64,000 nucleotides of DNA. Source: a virus. The stretch is from the IMG/VR virus record IMGVR_UViG_3300042447_000691; one strand, 5' to 3'. Positions 1-9,397 of the stretch are shown one piece after another (position 1 is the first letter of the stretch; each line of letters opens with the position of its first letter). The notes beneath the pieces are model-generated. The model had not been told where the DNA came from. It searched no databases and saw only the letters and a program-made list of their open reading frames with translations. Made by a program: the position numbers and the translations under genes.

Positions 1-539
1 ATCACGACTTTCTCACCGGTAATATTGAAAGATTGGACGCATTAACACCTATCATTAATTCGTTAAATGACCGAAACATTCATTATTACAGGGATCGTGG
101 TGTTTATGAAGACGATAATATTAGTTGGTGTGTGTATTCTCAATATCAAGGAAATATCCCCCCCGACATTACCGAGGCGAAAGGAAAAAGAATTGGTTTA
201 TTTCACGGACCAATACAAGGGATGAAAACAGATTTAGGTTTTGACTTTGGAGAAGAAGCATATGACATTGAAAAATTTAATGGACTTGAAGTCGTTTTAT
301 GTGGGGATATCCACAAAAGACAAGAATTTAAGTTCAAAACGGGGAAGGGTCATATGGTAGGATCAACAATCCAAAACAACCTTGGTGAAAGTATTACAAA
401 ACATGGGTATGGTATTTATGATGTTGAAACAAAGGAATATAATTATGTTGATTTATTCAACCCAAAACCGTTCTTAAAATTTTCAATAAAATCTTTTGAG
501 GATATTGAAAACGGAACTGAAAAATTATTAAATATTTAA
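1..539 (+). CDS. Metallophosphoesterase, SbcD/Mre11/T4 gp47-like nuclease subunit (5' partial)
   Basis: Frame is open from the window edge (HDFLTGN, end of the GNHD motif). GDIHKRQ and VGSTIQNNLGE motifs are present; an SbcC-like gene lies downstream. Confidence 0.8.
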   Translation, partial: HDFLTGNIERLDALTPIINSLNDRNIHYYRDRGVYEDDNISWCVYSQYQGNIPPDITEAKGKRIGLFHGPIQGMKTDLGFDFGEEAYDIEKFNGLEVVLCGDIHKRQEFKFKTGKGHMVGSTIQNNLGESITKHGYGIYDVETKEYNYVDLFNPKPFLKFSIKSFEDIENGTEKLLNI

Positions 540-584
540 TTGATATTATTCACACTTTTTAATTTATTAGGATATTTATATTAT

Positions 585-746
585 ATGGGAAGATTAAAAA
601 TAAAAGATGACGATAAAAAAACTAAAGTATCTGTCGCACTTGAACCGGAATTACTAAAATTTTATCGGTCATTACATATTAATTTATCTTCTTTGGTTAA
701 TAAATTACTTAAAGATTATAAAGATGAAAAATACAAAAATTTGTAA
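585..746 (+). CDS. Small ribbon-helix-helix/CopG-like DNA-binding protein
   Basis: TKVSVALEPELL...INLSSLVNKLL strand-helix-helix pattern; ATG at 585 follows an ATATTTAT motif. Confidence 0.5.
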   Translation: MGRLKIKDDDKKTKVSVALEPELLKFYRSLHINLSSLVNKLLKDYKDEKYKNL

Positions 747-1350
747 TGTTTGTGGAAATCAAAAAATGTTAAATGAATTTCATTTAAGACCCGATTCAAA
801 AGACGGTTTAAGAAATGAATGTAAAAGTTGTACTAGAAATCGGGTTAACAATTACCGAAAGATAAATAAAGAAAAAACCAATAATTGGAATAAATCAACT
901 TATCACAGAAACATTGAAAAACACAAAGAAACTAAAAAAAAATATAGAGATAAAACCAAAGAAGAACAAAAAAAACGAGCTAAAAAATATAGAGAAAATA
1001 ATAAAGAAAAAATAAACAATTACTCTAAAAATAGAAAAAAATACGACATTGAATTTAAAATAAGATGTAATGTTAGGAGTAGGGTGAAAAATTTTTTAAA
1101 AAGTAAAAATATAAAAAATAATAATACAACTTTTAAAATTGTTGGATGTGAACCATCAAAATTGAAAGAACATCTTGAAAAACAATTTAAGGATGGGATG
1201 AGTTGGGAAAATTACGGATTGAACGGGTGGCATATTGACCATATAATACCATTAATAAGTGGTATTACCGAAAATGAAATATATCAATTATGTCATTTTA
1301 CAAACTTACAACCTTTATGGTGGTATGAAAATTTAGAAAAAAGATATTGA
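724..1350 (+). CDS. HNH endonuclease (free-standing, homing-type)
   Basis: N-terminal CxxC...CxxC, basic helical linker, C-terminal WHIDHIIP...HFTNLQPLW HNH-type motif. Confidence 0.8.
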   Translation: MKNTKICNVCGNQKMLNEFHLRPDSKDGLRNECKSCTRNRVNNYRKINKEKTNNWNKSTYHRNIEKHKETKKKYRDKTKEEQKKRAKKYRENNKEKINNYSKNRKKYDIEFKIRCNVRSRVKNFLKSKNIKNNNTTFKIVGCEPSKLKEHLEKQFKDGMSWENYGLNGWHIDHIIPLISGITENEIYQLCHFTNLQPLWWYENLEKRY

Positions 1351-1928
1351 AAATGGAACCGAAGTACTCAGAAATATTTAATAAAACCATTTTAAAATCG
1401 GTATCTGAATATTGTAAACTAAACAGTGTTGAAGATGTTGATGGGTTTATTAAAAAATGTTTTGACACCGGATTTAATATTCAGAAATACGGACTTTTAG
1501 GAAAAACGGGTATTGTTGGTGAAAAACAGGTAGAAATTGAGGTAATCCGTGAAATACGGGTGGAAGTACCGGTTGAAGTGATTAAAGAAGTTGAAAAAAT
1601 TGTCACAAAAATAGAATATATTAGTGACAAAACAGGTGAAAACGAACTGTTAAGTAAAATTGAACAGTTGGAAGACGAAATGTCTAAAAAGGATAAAGAA
1701 TTAGACGAAGTTAGACGTAATTTAGACGTAAACTTAGACATTACCGTAACAAATGATAAGGTAAAAATGTTACAAACAACCATTCAAAACCTTACTTCGG
1801 AGGTTAGAGAATTAAAAAAGAAAAACGAAGAATTAGAAAAACAATTGTTAGACATACCAAAACAACTTGGCGATATTCCCGCCAAGTTCCACGGTAGTTC
1901 TAACCTAAACGATGATTTATACAAATAA
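1347..1928 (+). CDS. Hypothetical coiled-coil protein
   Basis: 193-aa ORF with EVPVEVIKEVEK segment and a heptad-rich C-terminus. Confidence 0.6.
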   Translation: MKMEPKYSEIFNKTILKSVSEYCKLNSVEDVDGFIKKCFDTGFNIQKYGLLGKTGIVGEKQVEIEVIREIRVEVPVEVIKEVEKIVTKIEYISDKTGENELLSKIEQLEDEMSKKDKELDEVRRNLDVNLDITVTNDKVKMLQTTIQNLTSEVRELKKKNEELEKQLLDIPKQLGDIPAKFHGSSNLNDDLYK

Positions 1929-1929
1929 T

Positions 1930-2280
1930 ATGAACTTAGTAATTTGGGCAATGGTTGCCTACGGAATGACAAACATTTTGGTCTACGGATCAATTTTTAA
2001 CGGATTTAGACAATCCATTCACAATTGGGGTAACGACCCATTATCCCCCTTCAACTTCTTAGGTAAGTTCTTATCAGGACTAATCTCTTGTGTTTTATGT
2101 ACTGGAACGTGGATTGGTTTTTTCCTATCATTAACTTATTTCTCACCAAATGTTGATATTATTGGACTTAACAAATTTTTATCAGTATTCTTTGATGGTA
2201 TGTTATCTGCCGGTTTAGTATGGGCGATAAATGCGGTGATAGAATGGTTTGAAGAAAATAGACCGAGTAATAATAAATAA
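1930..2280 (+). CDS. Small membrane protein (DUF1360-like)
   Basis: Hydrophobic helices and an LISCVLCTGTWIG CxxC motif. Confidence 0.5.
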   Translation: MNLVIWAMVAYGMTNILVYGSIFNGFRQSIHNWGNDPLSPFNFLGKFLSGLISCVLCTGTWIGFFLSLTYFSPNVDIIGLNKFLSVFFDGMLSAGLVWAINAVIEWFEENRPSNNK

Positions 2281-2294
2281 AACAAAACAAAAAA

Positions 2295-2549
2295 ATGGGA
2301 AAAGCAGCAAAGGCTCATAGAGCGAAAGTGGCGAAAAGAAACGTCAATGTTAAAGTACAAGAAAAGAGAATGCAAAAAGTTTGGCAAGAGGCTTTTGAAG
2401 AACAAATGAATGTTATGAAAGAGAAATTTGCAGCAATGTCGGGCGATACGATGTCAGGATTAACAGGATTATTTGGAGATGAGCAAGAAGAAACAATACA
2501 GGAAGAATCCGAACCAGCAGAACCTATTTCAGGAGATCAAACCGTTTAA
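2295..2549 (+). CDS. Hypothetical protein
   Basis: ORF with basic N-terminus and acidic C-terminus, in operon spacing. Confidence 0.55.
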   Translation: MGKAAKAHRAKVAKRNVNVKVQEKRMQKVWQEAFEEQMNVMKEKFAAMSGDTMSGLTGLFGDEQEETIQEESEPAEPISGDQTV

Positions 2550-2559
2550 TTATACAACA

Positions 2560-4893
2560 ATGACAAAAGAAATAGACTTTTCAAAGTTTGAAAACCCCAA
2601 CATCCAAGTTGTGTGGGAAGATTACAATGAAAATTTTACTCAAGACAGGATCAAAAGTGTTAAACACTATTTTCAAAAAAAATATAACACAACTAATGTA
2701 AACGTCATAACAAAGGCTAAAGTTCAGAAAGAAGACGGAGAACAAACGGTAGATGTGTCTGTAAATATTATGGACACAAACTACCAAGTAGAACTACTTA
2801 AACAGTTTCTAACAAGTAAAAATTACGACAAACACTTGGATGAGATTTTGAATCATAATAAAATGGTTGAAAATAAAATGCAAGAAACTGAAACGGATAG
2901 TGCGGTGTTTAAAAAGTGGTATATTAAAAATATTGAGTTTTCAAACTTCCTTTCATATGGAGAGAACCAAGTCGTTGATTTTGAAAAAAGTAATGGACTA
3001 ACGGTTATTGAGTCTAATCCACCAAACTTCGGTGGTAAAACTGTATTGTCAGTGGATCTATTATTGTTTTTATTCTTTAACGAAACAACAAAAACAACAA
3101 AAGCGGAAGAGATATTTAACCGGTTTACAGATAAAGATAAAGTGACTGTTAAGGGTGAAATCATCATCGACGGTGAGGAATACATCATCGTAAGAAACAT
3201 TGAAAGAAAGTTATCCAAAAAAGGTGAATGGAACGTTAAAACGGAATTGGACTTCTTTAAAAAAATGGCTGATGGAACCTTACAAAACTTTACCGGAGAA
3301 CAAAGAAGAGAAACGGAAAAATTCATTAAAGATTCGATCGGAACAAAAGAAGACTTCTTAATGACAATCCTTACAACGGCAACGAACCTTGAAGAATTAA
3401 TAGACTCCAAACCAACGGCAAGAGGTCAGGTACTTTCGCGTTTTATGGGTCTTGATTTTTTAAGAAGAAAAGAGGACGCAGCAAAGTCAATCTATTCTGA
3501 TTTTTCAAAATCAATGTTATCAAACATCTATAACACAGAACAGTTAAAAACGGATAACGAAAATAACGAAACAAAAATCACCGAATTGAGAGATAATCTC
3601 AAAACGTACAAAGATGATCTTAAAACCATCGAAGAAAACATCGTAAAGGGTAAGGACTATCGAGACGATATGTTAAGAAAAAAACATACCGACATTGATG
3701 TTGAAATAAGTAGATTAAACCCAAGTCAAGTTAGACAAGAAATTGAAAATCACGAGTACCAGGTTGAACAAACAAAAACGAAACTTAATGAACTTAACGT
3801 CGTTGAACCAAAAGAGTACTACAAAGAGGATGAGCACGATAAGGTAAAAGAAGAATATAATGTTGCGTTTAAAGAGAAAGTTCAGTTGGATACAAAAATC
3901 TCTGAGATTGAGAAATTAAGATCTTCTGTTAAAGACGGGATCAAATGTGAGCACTGCGGAATTGACTTGATGAATGCTAGTATTACACAACAAAAAATAT
4001 CTGAACTTGATGGTTATATTAGTCAAAAAGGGGAAAAAGAGGGGTTAATGACTGTTTTAACAAGCAAAGAAAAAAGATTTGTTGATATTAAAAGACAATT
4101 TGATGAGTATGAGAAAAACAAACTAATCAAAGAAAAACACGAAGCAACAATTGAGAACTATCAGTTGAAAATAGGTGGACTTCAGACAAAACTTACAGAA
4201 TATGATAAGATGTTGGATAAAATCAAGGCTAACGAACATATCGATACGATGTTGATCAAAGCGAATATGAGGTTGGAAGATTTGGATAGACAAAAAACTC
4301 AAAAACAAAATCAGATTAATAATGATGAGTATTCAATTAAAACGTTAGAAGAAAAAATCAAAACAAACCTGAATAACATTATTAAAATTGCTGAAGAACA
4401 AGAAAAAGAAAAAATATATAAGATTTTCTTGGAAGCATACGGTAAAAACGGAATCTCAAAGATCATTATGAAAACAATGATTCCACTTATTAATTCGGAA
4501 CTTCAAAGATTGATGGAGGAGAGTGCGTATTTCAAACTACAAATACAAATCAACGATAAAAATGAGGTTGAGTTTAATATGATTGATAACGGAACGGGTA
4601 TTGAAAAACTTATGGCTTCGGGATCAGGGTATGAAAGAACAATAGCGTCATTGGCATTAAGATCGGTATTAAGTAAGATATGTAGTTTGCCAAAACCAAA
4701 TATTGTAGTTTTTGATGAAATATTTGGTAAGATCTCAAATGATAATTTGGAGATGGTGCATAGTTTCTTTGTTGCCATTAAAGACTTCTTTCCTACCATT
4801 TTACTTATCAGTCATAACCCGATAGTGAATAATTGGGGGGATAACACAATAAAAATCGTAAAAGAGGACAATATTTCAAAAGTTTTTCAGTAA
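2560..4893 (+). CDS. SbcC/Rad50/T4 gp46-like SMC ATPase
   Basis: IKNIEFSNFLSYG, Walker A-like NFGGKT, long coiled coil with CEHC zinc hook, signature ASGSGYE, Walker B IVVFDE, ISH H-loop. Confidence 0.9.
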   Translation: MTKEIDFSKFENPNIQVVWEDYNENFTQDRIKSVKHYFQKKYNTTNVNVITKAKVQKEDGEQTVDVSVNIMDTNYQVELLKQFLTSKNYDKHLDEILNHNKMVENKMQETETDSAVFKKWYIKNIEFSNFLSYGENQVVDFEKSNGLTVIESNPPNFGGKTVLSVDLLLFLFFNETTKTTKAEEIFNRFTDKDKVTVKGEIIIDGEEYIIVRNIERKLSKKGEWNVKTELDFFKKMADGTLQNFTGEQRRETEKFIKDSIGTKEDFLMTILTTATNLEELIDSKPTARGQVLSRFMGLDFLRRKEDAAKSIYSDFSKSMLSNIYNTEQLKTDNENNETKITELRDNLKTYKDDLKTIEENIVKGKDYRDDMLRKKHTDIDVEISRLNPSQVRQEIENHEYQVEQTKTKLNELNVVEPKEYYKEDEHDKVKEEYNVAFKEKVQLDTKISEIEKLRSSVKDGIKCEHCGIDLMNASITQQKISELDGYISQKGEKEGLMTVLTSKEKRFVDIKRQFDEYEKNKLIKEKHEATIENYQLKIGGLQTKLTEYDKMLDKIKANEHIDTMLIKANMRLEDLDRQKTQKQNQINNDEYSIKTLEEKIKTNLNNIIKIAEEQEKEKIYKIFLEAYGKNGISKIIMKTMIPLINSELQRLMEESAYFKLQIQINDKNEVEFNMIDNGTGIEKLMASGSGYERTIASLALRSVLSKICSLPKPNIVVFDEIFGKISNDNLEMVHSFFVAIKDFFPTILLISHNPIVNNWGDNTIKIVKEDNISKVFQ

Positions 4894-4932
4894 AAGTGAA
4901 ACCAATTTGAATTTTATACGTATCTTTGTAAT

Positions 4933-5466
4933 ATGAGAACAAAAGAAGAGTGGGAAAACAGATATCAGTGCGTTAAAAGACTTATGTCTGTTATGGATAC
5001 ACTTTCTGAAGATTTTGAAGGTAACGATAGAATTTTAGAAACATGTGCAACCATGTTAAGAAATCCCGTTATATTTGATAATAATGTTAAGGTAGTCAAA
5101 ACAAGGCTACCTTATTCTATTGAAAATATGAATCAAGAAACTGAGGACCATTTAATTGGTATTAGTAACATTGTATTATACATATACAAAAGAAAGTTAC
5201 ATAATAAGTGGAATAATGTTGAAGACTTTAAAAAAACATTAAAGGCGTTGAATGTATTATTACCGATAGAAAAAAGTTTGAATAATAGTAAAGTTTTTAA
5301 ACACCAGTGGAGTTTTAGTTATGATGATATTGAATCATGTATTATGTGGGACAAAAAATTGGAGTCCGTAGGTATAACAGAATTGATATGTGACGAAACA
5401 AATGAAAAGGTTTCTGTAACAAAAATTAGAGAGACTTGGTATAAAGAAAACGAAGAATATTTATAA
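4933..5466 (+). CDS. Hypothetical protein at head of restriction-modification cassette
   Basis: 177-aa ORF behind a TATCTTTG element at 4921. Confidence 0.55.
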   Translation: MRTKEEWENRYQCVKRLMSVMDTLSEDFEGNDRILETCATMLRNPVIFDNNVKVVKTRLPYSIENMNQETEDHLIGISNIVLYIYKRKLHNKWNNVEDFKKTLKALNVLLPIEKSLNNSKVFKHQWSFSYDDIESCIMWDKKLESVGITELICDETNEKVSVTKIRETWYKENEEYL

Positions 5467-5478
5467 AAAATAATTAGA

Positions 5479-6969
5479 ATGAAAAAATTAACACTAACAG
5501 GACAAACGTTAAATCAATTGTACAAATCTGTAGTTGAAAAAGACGTTGAAAACAGTTATAGACAATTTTTATCTACAAGAATTTCAGATATGGTTTTTAC
5601 GTCTCCATATTTGTGTGATGGTTTTGGTGTTTCAGAAAAGTATAAAATAAGAATACTTTGTGAATTTAAAAAAGACGCCGATTTTAGGAAAAAAATAGAC
5701 AGAGTACAGGCACTATGTCAAGTTGTTGGTTACATAAAAAAATTCACAATAGATGCTATAAAAATACCTAATGTTGTTTTAATTGGTGATAGAAATGAAT
5801 GGTTTGTTTTACACGTCAATGAAATATTTAATTACTTAAACTTAGATATTGATTGGAAAATTGCACCATCAGACGCTTACAAAAATCAAGTTTTGTTTAA
5901 TGCTTTAATGGAAGACGATAAAATTAATCCATTTGTTTTTGATGTTACTGAAATAGATCAAGTGGTTGATAAAATAAAAGACTTAGCAAAAAACGTTACA
6001 AGATTAATACCTATTACTCCACAAAATATTACTGAAGTATTTTTGTATTTTGAAAAAAACGTCTTAGGAAAAAATAAACTTACAACAAATGAACTTGCTA
6101 ATTTATTTGTTCAGATTTTAATTAATCCTGACGATAATTACTTACATCCGGTTAAAAAAAGGAAGACTATTGTCACAAAATCGTTTAATGAAGTTCCGGT
6201 AAAAACAAGGGACTCGTTTAGTTCGTTTTTTAGTCACTTCGCTAATGAGTATAGTCCTACACAAAAAGAAGGTCTTACTGCGGTTGTTGACAGATTAATA
6301 CAAGACGTTACAAGACGTAAACAAGGTGAATTTTTTACACCGACAATATGGGTAGATAAAGCACACGAATATATAGCATCTGTTTATGGTGACGATTGGA
6401 AAGAAAAATATGTAGTTTGGGATCCAGCTTGGGGTACCGGTAATCTTACTCGTGATTATAAATTTAAGGAGTTATATGTATCGACATTAAATTATTCTGA
6501 CATTCAGACTGCGGACCAAATGAGTTATAATATGGGAGCAACAAAGTTTCAATATGATTTTTTGAATGATGATTATGATTTCTTGCCAAAGGGTTTGAGG
6601 GGGGCTATTGAGAGTGGAAAAGAGATTATTGCGTTGATGAATCCACCATATAAATTTTCGGGTAATGGTACGGGTAAAGGAGGGGTATTTGAATTACAAA
6701 ATGTGACCCAAAAAGAAATGAAAGATAAAAATTTTGGAAAATCAGCAAATCAAATGTATCTCCAATTTTTATATAGGTTAAGTAATATGGGTAAAATACA
6801 TTTATTATTTTTTTCAAATCCCACATTTTTAACTGGTTCAGGGTATTCTGTGTTTCGGGGGTTTTTTTTAAATAAATACGAATTTAAAAAAGGATTTATG
6901 ATGAATGCTAAAGAATTTGAAGGAACTAAAGAATGGGGTTTAACTTTTTCAATTTTTAATAAAAAATAA
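5479..6969 (+). CDS. Fused PD-(D/E)xK nuclease + N6-adenine methyltransferase (type IIG/IIB-like RM subunit)
   Basis: N-terminal CDG...LCEFK nuclease-like motif; QGEFFTP, DPAWGTGN (motif I) and NPPY (motif IV). Confidence 0.75.
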   Translation: MKKLTLTGQTLNQLYKSVVEKDVENSYRQFLSTRISDMVFTSPYLCDGFGVSEKYKIRILCEFKKDADFRKKIDRVQALCQVVGYIKKFTIDAIKIPNVVLIGDRNEWFVLHVNEIFNYLNLDIDWKIAPSDAYKNQVLFNALMEDDKINPFVFDVTEIDQVVDKIKDLAKNVTRLIPITPQNITEVFLYFEKNVLGKNKLTTNELANLFVQILINPDDNYLHPVKKRKTIVTKSFNEVPVKTRDSFSSFFSHFANEYSPTQKEGLTAVVDRLIQDVTRRKQGEFFTPTIWVDKAHEYIASVYGDDWKEKYVVWDPAWGTGNLTRDYKFKELYVSTLNYSDIQTADQMSYNMGATKFQYDFLNDDYDFLPKGLRGAIESGKEIIALMNPPYKFSGNGTGKGGVFELQNVTQKEMKDKNFGKSANQMYLQFLYRLSNMGKIHLLFFSNPTFLTGSGYSVFRGFFLNKYEFKKGFMMNAKEFEGTKEWGLTFSIFNKK

Positions 6970-6970
6970 T

Positions 6971-7774
6971 ATGATAAATTTTGATATCTTGAAATCAAAC
7001 GATAAGTTTGAAATTGAAAATTTAGGGGTAATTACATTATACGATACGGATAATCTAAATCCATTATCCGGATTTATTAAAAACACAAATTCTACAGAAT
7101 TTTTTAAAATGAGTTTTGATAGTAATAATGTTTATAATAGTGGTCAAGGGGTCTATTTATTTAATACTATAGATAAAAATAACAAACGCAAAGTTAAAGT
7201 TGGTGGGGACAATTTTGGTGACGCTATGGTTGGATTTACTGCTAGAAAATTAATACCATTTACGTGGGTTAATGAATATTCTGAATATTTAAAACCTAAC
7301 GTTGAAAATAAACAGTATGCGAATTTCAAAAATAATTCTGTTATTTATAGTCTTTTTAATTCTCAAAATTTGTTACAACCTAAAAACGAATTCTTTTGGA
7401 TGTCAAAAGAAAAAATGATGGAAATGGCAAATAACATTAACTACACCGAATTATACAACGACGCAAGAACCGATAATAACAGGTACGTACATAACCTACT
7501 ATTCGGTGAAGAAAACATTTATGAACAACTATCACCTGATGCTAAACTTGTATTGGATAAGGCTACAGAATTAACCATAAGGTCAATGACGATGAGAAGT
7601 CACTTCGCTGACAACCACAATCACCTTAATAGTTGGGATGCTGGTTACGCACAACTTAAATTGGTATGGAAAGAATATTTTCCAAATGAGTTTAAAGAAT
7701 TTAGACAACTTTATAAGAACTTGGAAGACAGAATGAGACCTTTAGTAAATGAACTTGGATTTTTATTAAAATAA
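6971..7774 (+). CDS. Putative RM specificity/target-recognition subunit
   Basis: Starts 1 nt after the nuclease-MTase stop. Position matches a C-terminal TRD region; no catalytic motif seen. Confidence 0.45.
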   Translation: MINFDILKSNDKFEIENLGVITLYDTDNLNPLSGFIKNTNSTEFFKMSFDSNNVYNSGQGVYLFNTIDKNNKRKVKVGGDNFGDAMVGFTARKLIPFTWVNEYSEYLKPNVENKQYANFKNNSVIYSLFNSQNLLQPKNEFFWMSKEKMMEMANNINYTELYNDARTDNNRYVHNLLFGEENIYEQLSPDAKLVLDKATELTIRSMTMRSHFADNHNHLNSWDAGYAQLKLVWKEYFPNEFKEFRQLYKNLEDRMRPLVNELGFLLK

Positions 7775-7832
7775 TATGTACGGAATAACAAAAAAAATAC
7801 TTATATTTGTAAAACAATTTAAAAACATATTT

Positions 7833-8417
7833 ATGGCTAGACAGAGAAAAGTAACAAAACCCCAAGATAAGAGGTATATGTTATTTTTATATGGTGATTT
7901 TAGTGATGGTGATGAGTTAACAAACGAGATCAGCATGCAGTTTGTACCAGCAGTATCTTCTGAATTTTTAAAATTCACTTATGGTGAGTTTGGTGTTGTA
8001 TTACACTTTAGAACTAAAGAACCGTTTGAGGACCTTAAAGACTATGTTGATATGGTGTTTAACGATATTACCGAACAATATTTCTTGGTTGAAGTATCGG
8101 GAGATGTTGATATTAAAATGCCAAGAAAACTTAAAAAAGACTTTTTAAATATAGACGGAGACATAAAGAAAGAAGAACCAAAAACAGGAGGGATAAAAGT
8201 AGATGAAGTAAGAGACGATAGAAACCGAGACATTAAGAATATGTCGTTTGATATATTCTTACCAATGTTTGACCCCACCTCACCCTTTAATAAGGTACAA
8301 GAAGAGGTATTACCAACAGTGGATGAAATTTTAGAGAAGATAACAGAGACAGGAATTGAATCATTAACAGAGAAAGAAAGAGAAATATTAGACAATTATG
8401 GAAAAAACAAAAAGTGA
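7833..8417 (+). CDS. Hypothetical protein
   Basis: ORF from MARQRK downstream of TATATTTG at ~7802; overlaps the start of the sigma gene. Confidence 0.6.
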   Translation: MARQRKVTKPQDKRYMLFLYGDFSDGDELTNEISMQFVPAVSSEFLKFTYGEFGVVLHFRTKEPFEDLKDYVDMVFNDITEQYFLVEVSGDVDIKMPRKLKKDFLNIDGDIKKEEPKTGGIKVDEVRDDRNRDIKNMSFDIFLPMFDPTSPFNKVQEEVLPTVDEILEKITETGIESLTEKEREILDNYGKNKK

Positions 8418-9213
8418 GAACGTTAAATCGTCAAACCCTTTGAATCAAGATGAGATTCAGATTTATTTAAAAGACATTAGAAAACTAAAGGTTATGACAC
8501 CTGATCGTGAGAAAGTCTTGGCACAAAAAATTGCGTCAGAGGACTGTACCGAACGAGAGAAAGAACAAATCCAAAAGGAGATGTTGGAAGGAAACCTTCG
8601 TTTTGTTATCACGGTGGCAAAACAATACCAAAATCAAGGGGTTGATTTATCGGACTTAATTGCTGAAGGTAACTTTGGTCTTATGAAAGCAATTAAAAAC
8701 TTTGATTGGAGTAAAAATAACCGATTCATATCATATGCTGTATGGTGGATTAAACAATCCATTTTGCAATCCCTTAATGAGCATTCAAGAACAATTCGTC
8801 TTCCGGTTAATGTTGTTCAGGATATGCAAAGAGAAAAGAAAGAGAATGAAAAGACAAATAAAGAATTGTCTGACAAATTCGCAACCCTACCAAAAATGAT
8901 TGATCTTGATATGCACATCAACGAAGATGGGGACACCTTGATTGATATCATCAAAAATGAAAACGTGGAATCACCTGACGCTATATTCTCAACAAAAGAT
9001 CTTTTAAAGGATAAGATGATGAATATTATGGGTGTTTTGGATGAAAGAGAAAGAGTGATCGTTGAAGATTATTATGGAATTACCGGAACACCAAGAACAT
9101 TGGAAGATATTGGATCTGACTTTTCTTTAACAAAAGAACGTGTAAGACAAATTAAAGAGAAAGCTCTTCGTAAGTTAAGAAACGAATGTTCGGATTTATT
9201 TGAATATTTATGA
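8398..9213 (+). CDS. RNA polymerase sigma-70 family factor (RpoD/RpoS-like)
   Basis: Region 1.2 IYLKDI, region 2 GNLRFVITVAKQYQNQG...DLIAEGNFGLMKA...FISYAVWWIKQSI, RTIRLP, region 4 TLEDIG..FSLTKERVRQIKEKALRKLR. Confidence 0.95.
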   Translation: MEKTKSENVKSSNPLNQDEIQIYLKDIRKLKVMTPDREKVLAQKIASEDCTEREKEQIQKEMLEGNLRFVITVAKQYQNQGVDLSDLIAEGNFGLMKAIKNFDWSKNNRFISYAVWWIKQSILQSLNEHSRTIRLPVNVVQDMQREKKENEKTNKELSDKFATLPKMIDLDMHINEDGDTLIDIIKNENVESPDAIFSTKDLLKDKMMNIMGVLDERERVIVEDYYGITGTPRTLEDIGSDFSLTKERVRQIKEKALRKLRNECSDLFEYL

Positions 9214-9220
9214 TAAAAAA

Positions 9221-9252
9221 TTTGGCGGATTGGAATAAACACCATATATTTG
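9221..9252 (+). promoter_or_regulatory. Bacteroidota-type housekeeping promoter
   Basis: TTTG-N20-TATATTTG, matching the -33/-7 consensus. Confidence 0.75.
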
Positions 9253-9267
9253 TATAACAAACAAAAA

Positions 9268-9397
9268 GGGTTAAAATTCACCGATTAATTATAGGTGATG
9301 GGTTAAGTAGAAGTGATTTAGGAAGAAACGAGCCTAAGTCGATAGGAAGATGGAAGACGATTCAGATACTAATATTCTATCCTACTTAATCAACCCA
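9268..9397 (+). ncRNA. Candidate structured small RNA (unassigned)
   Basis: No ORF after the promoter. Pairings: TCACC/GGTGA, TTAAGTAG/CTACTTAA, GATTTAGG/CCTAAGTC, GATAGGA/TTCTATC. Confidence 0.5.

Noticed and set aside
6960-6975. Readthrough or frameshift joining the RM ORFs 5479-6969 and 6971-7774
   Set aside because: A clean TAA-T-ATG junction is consistent with two coupled genes; an A-run precedes it, so slippage is not fully excluded.
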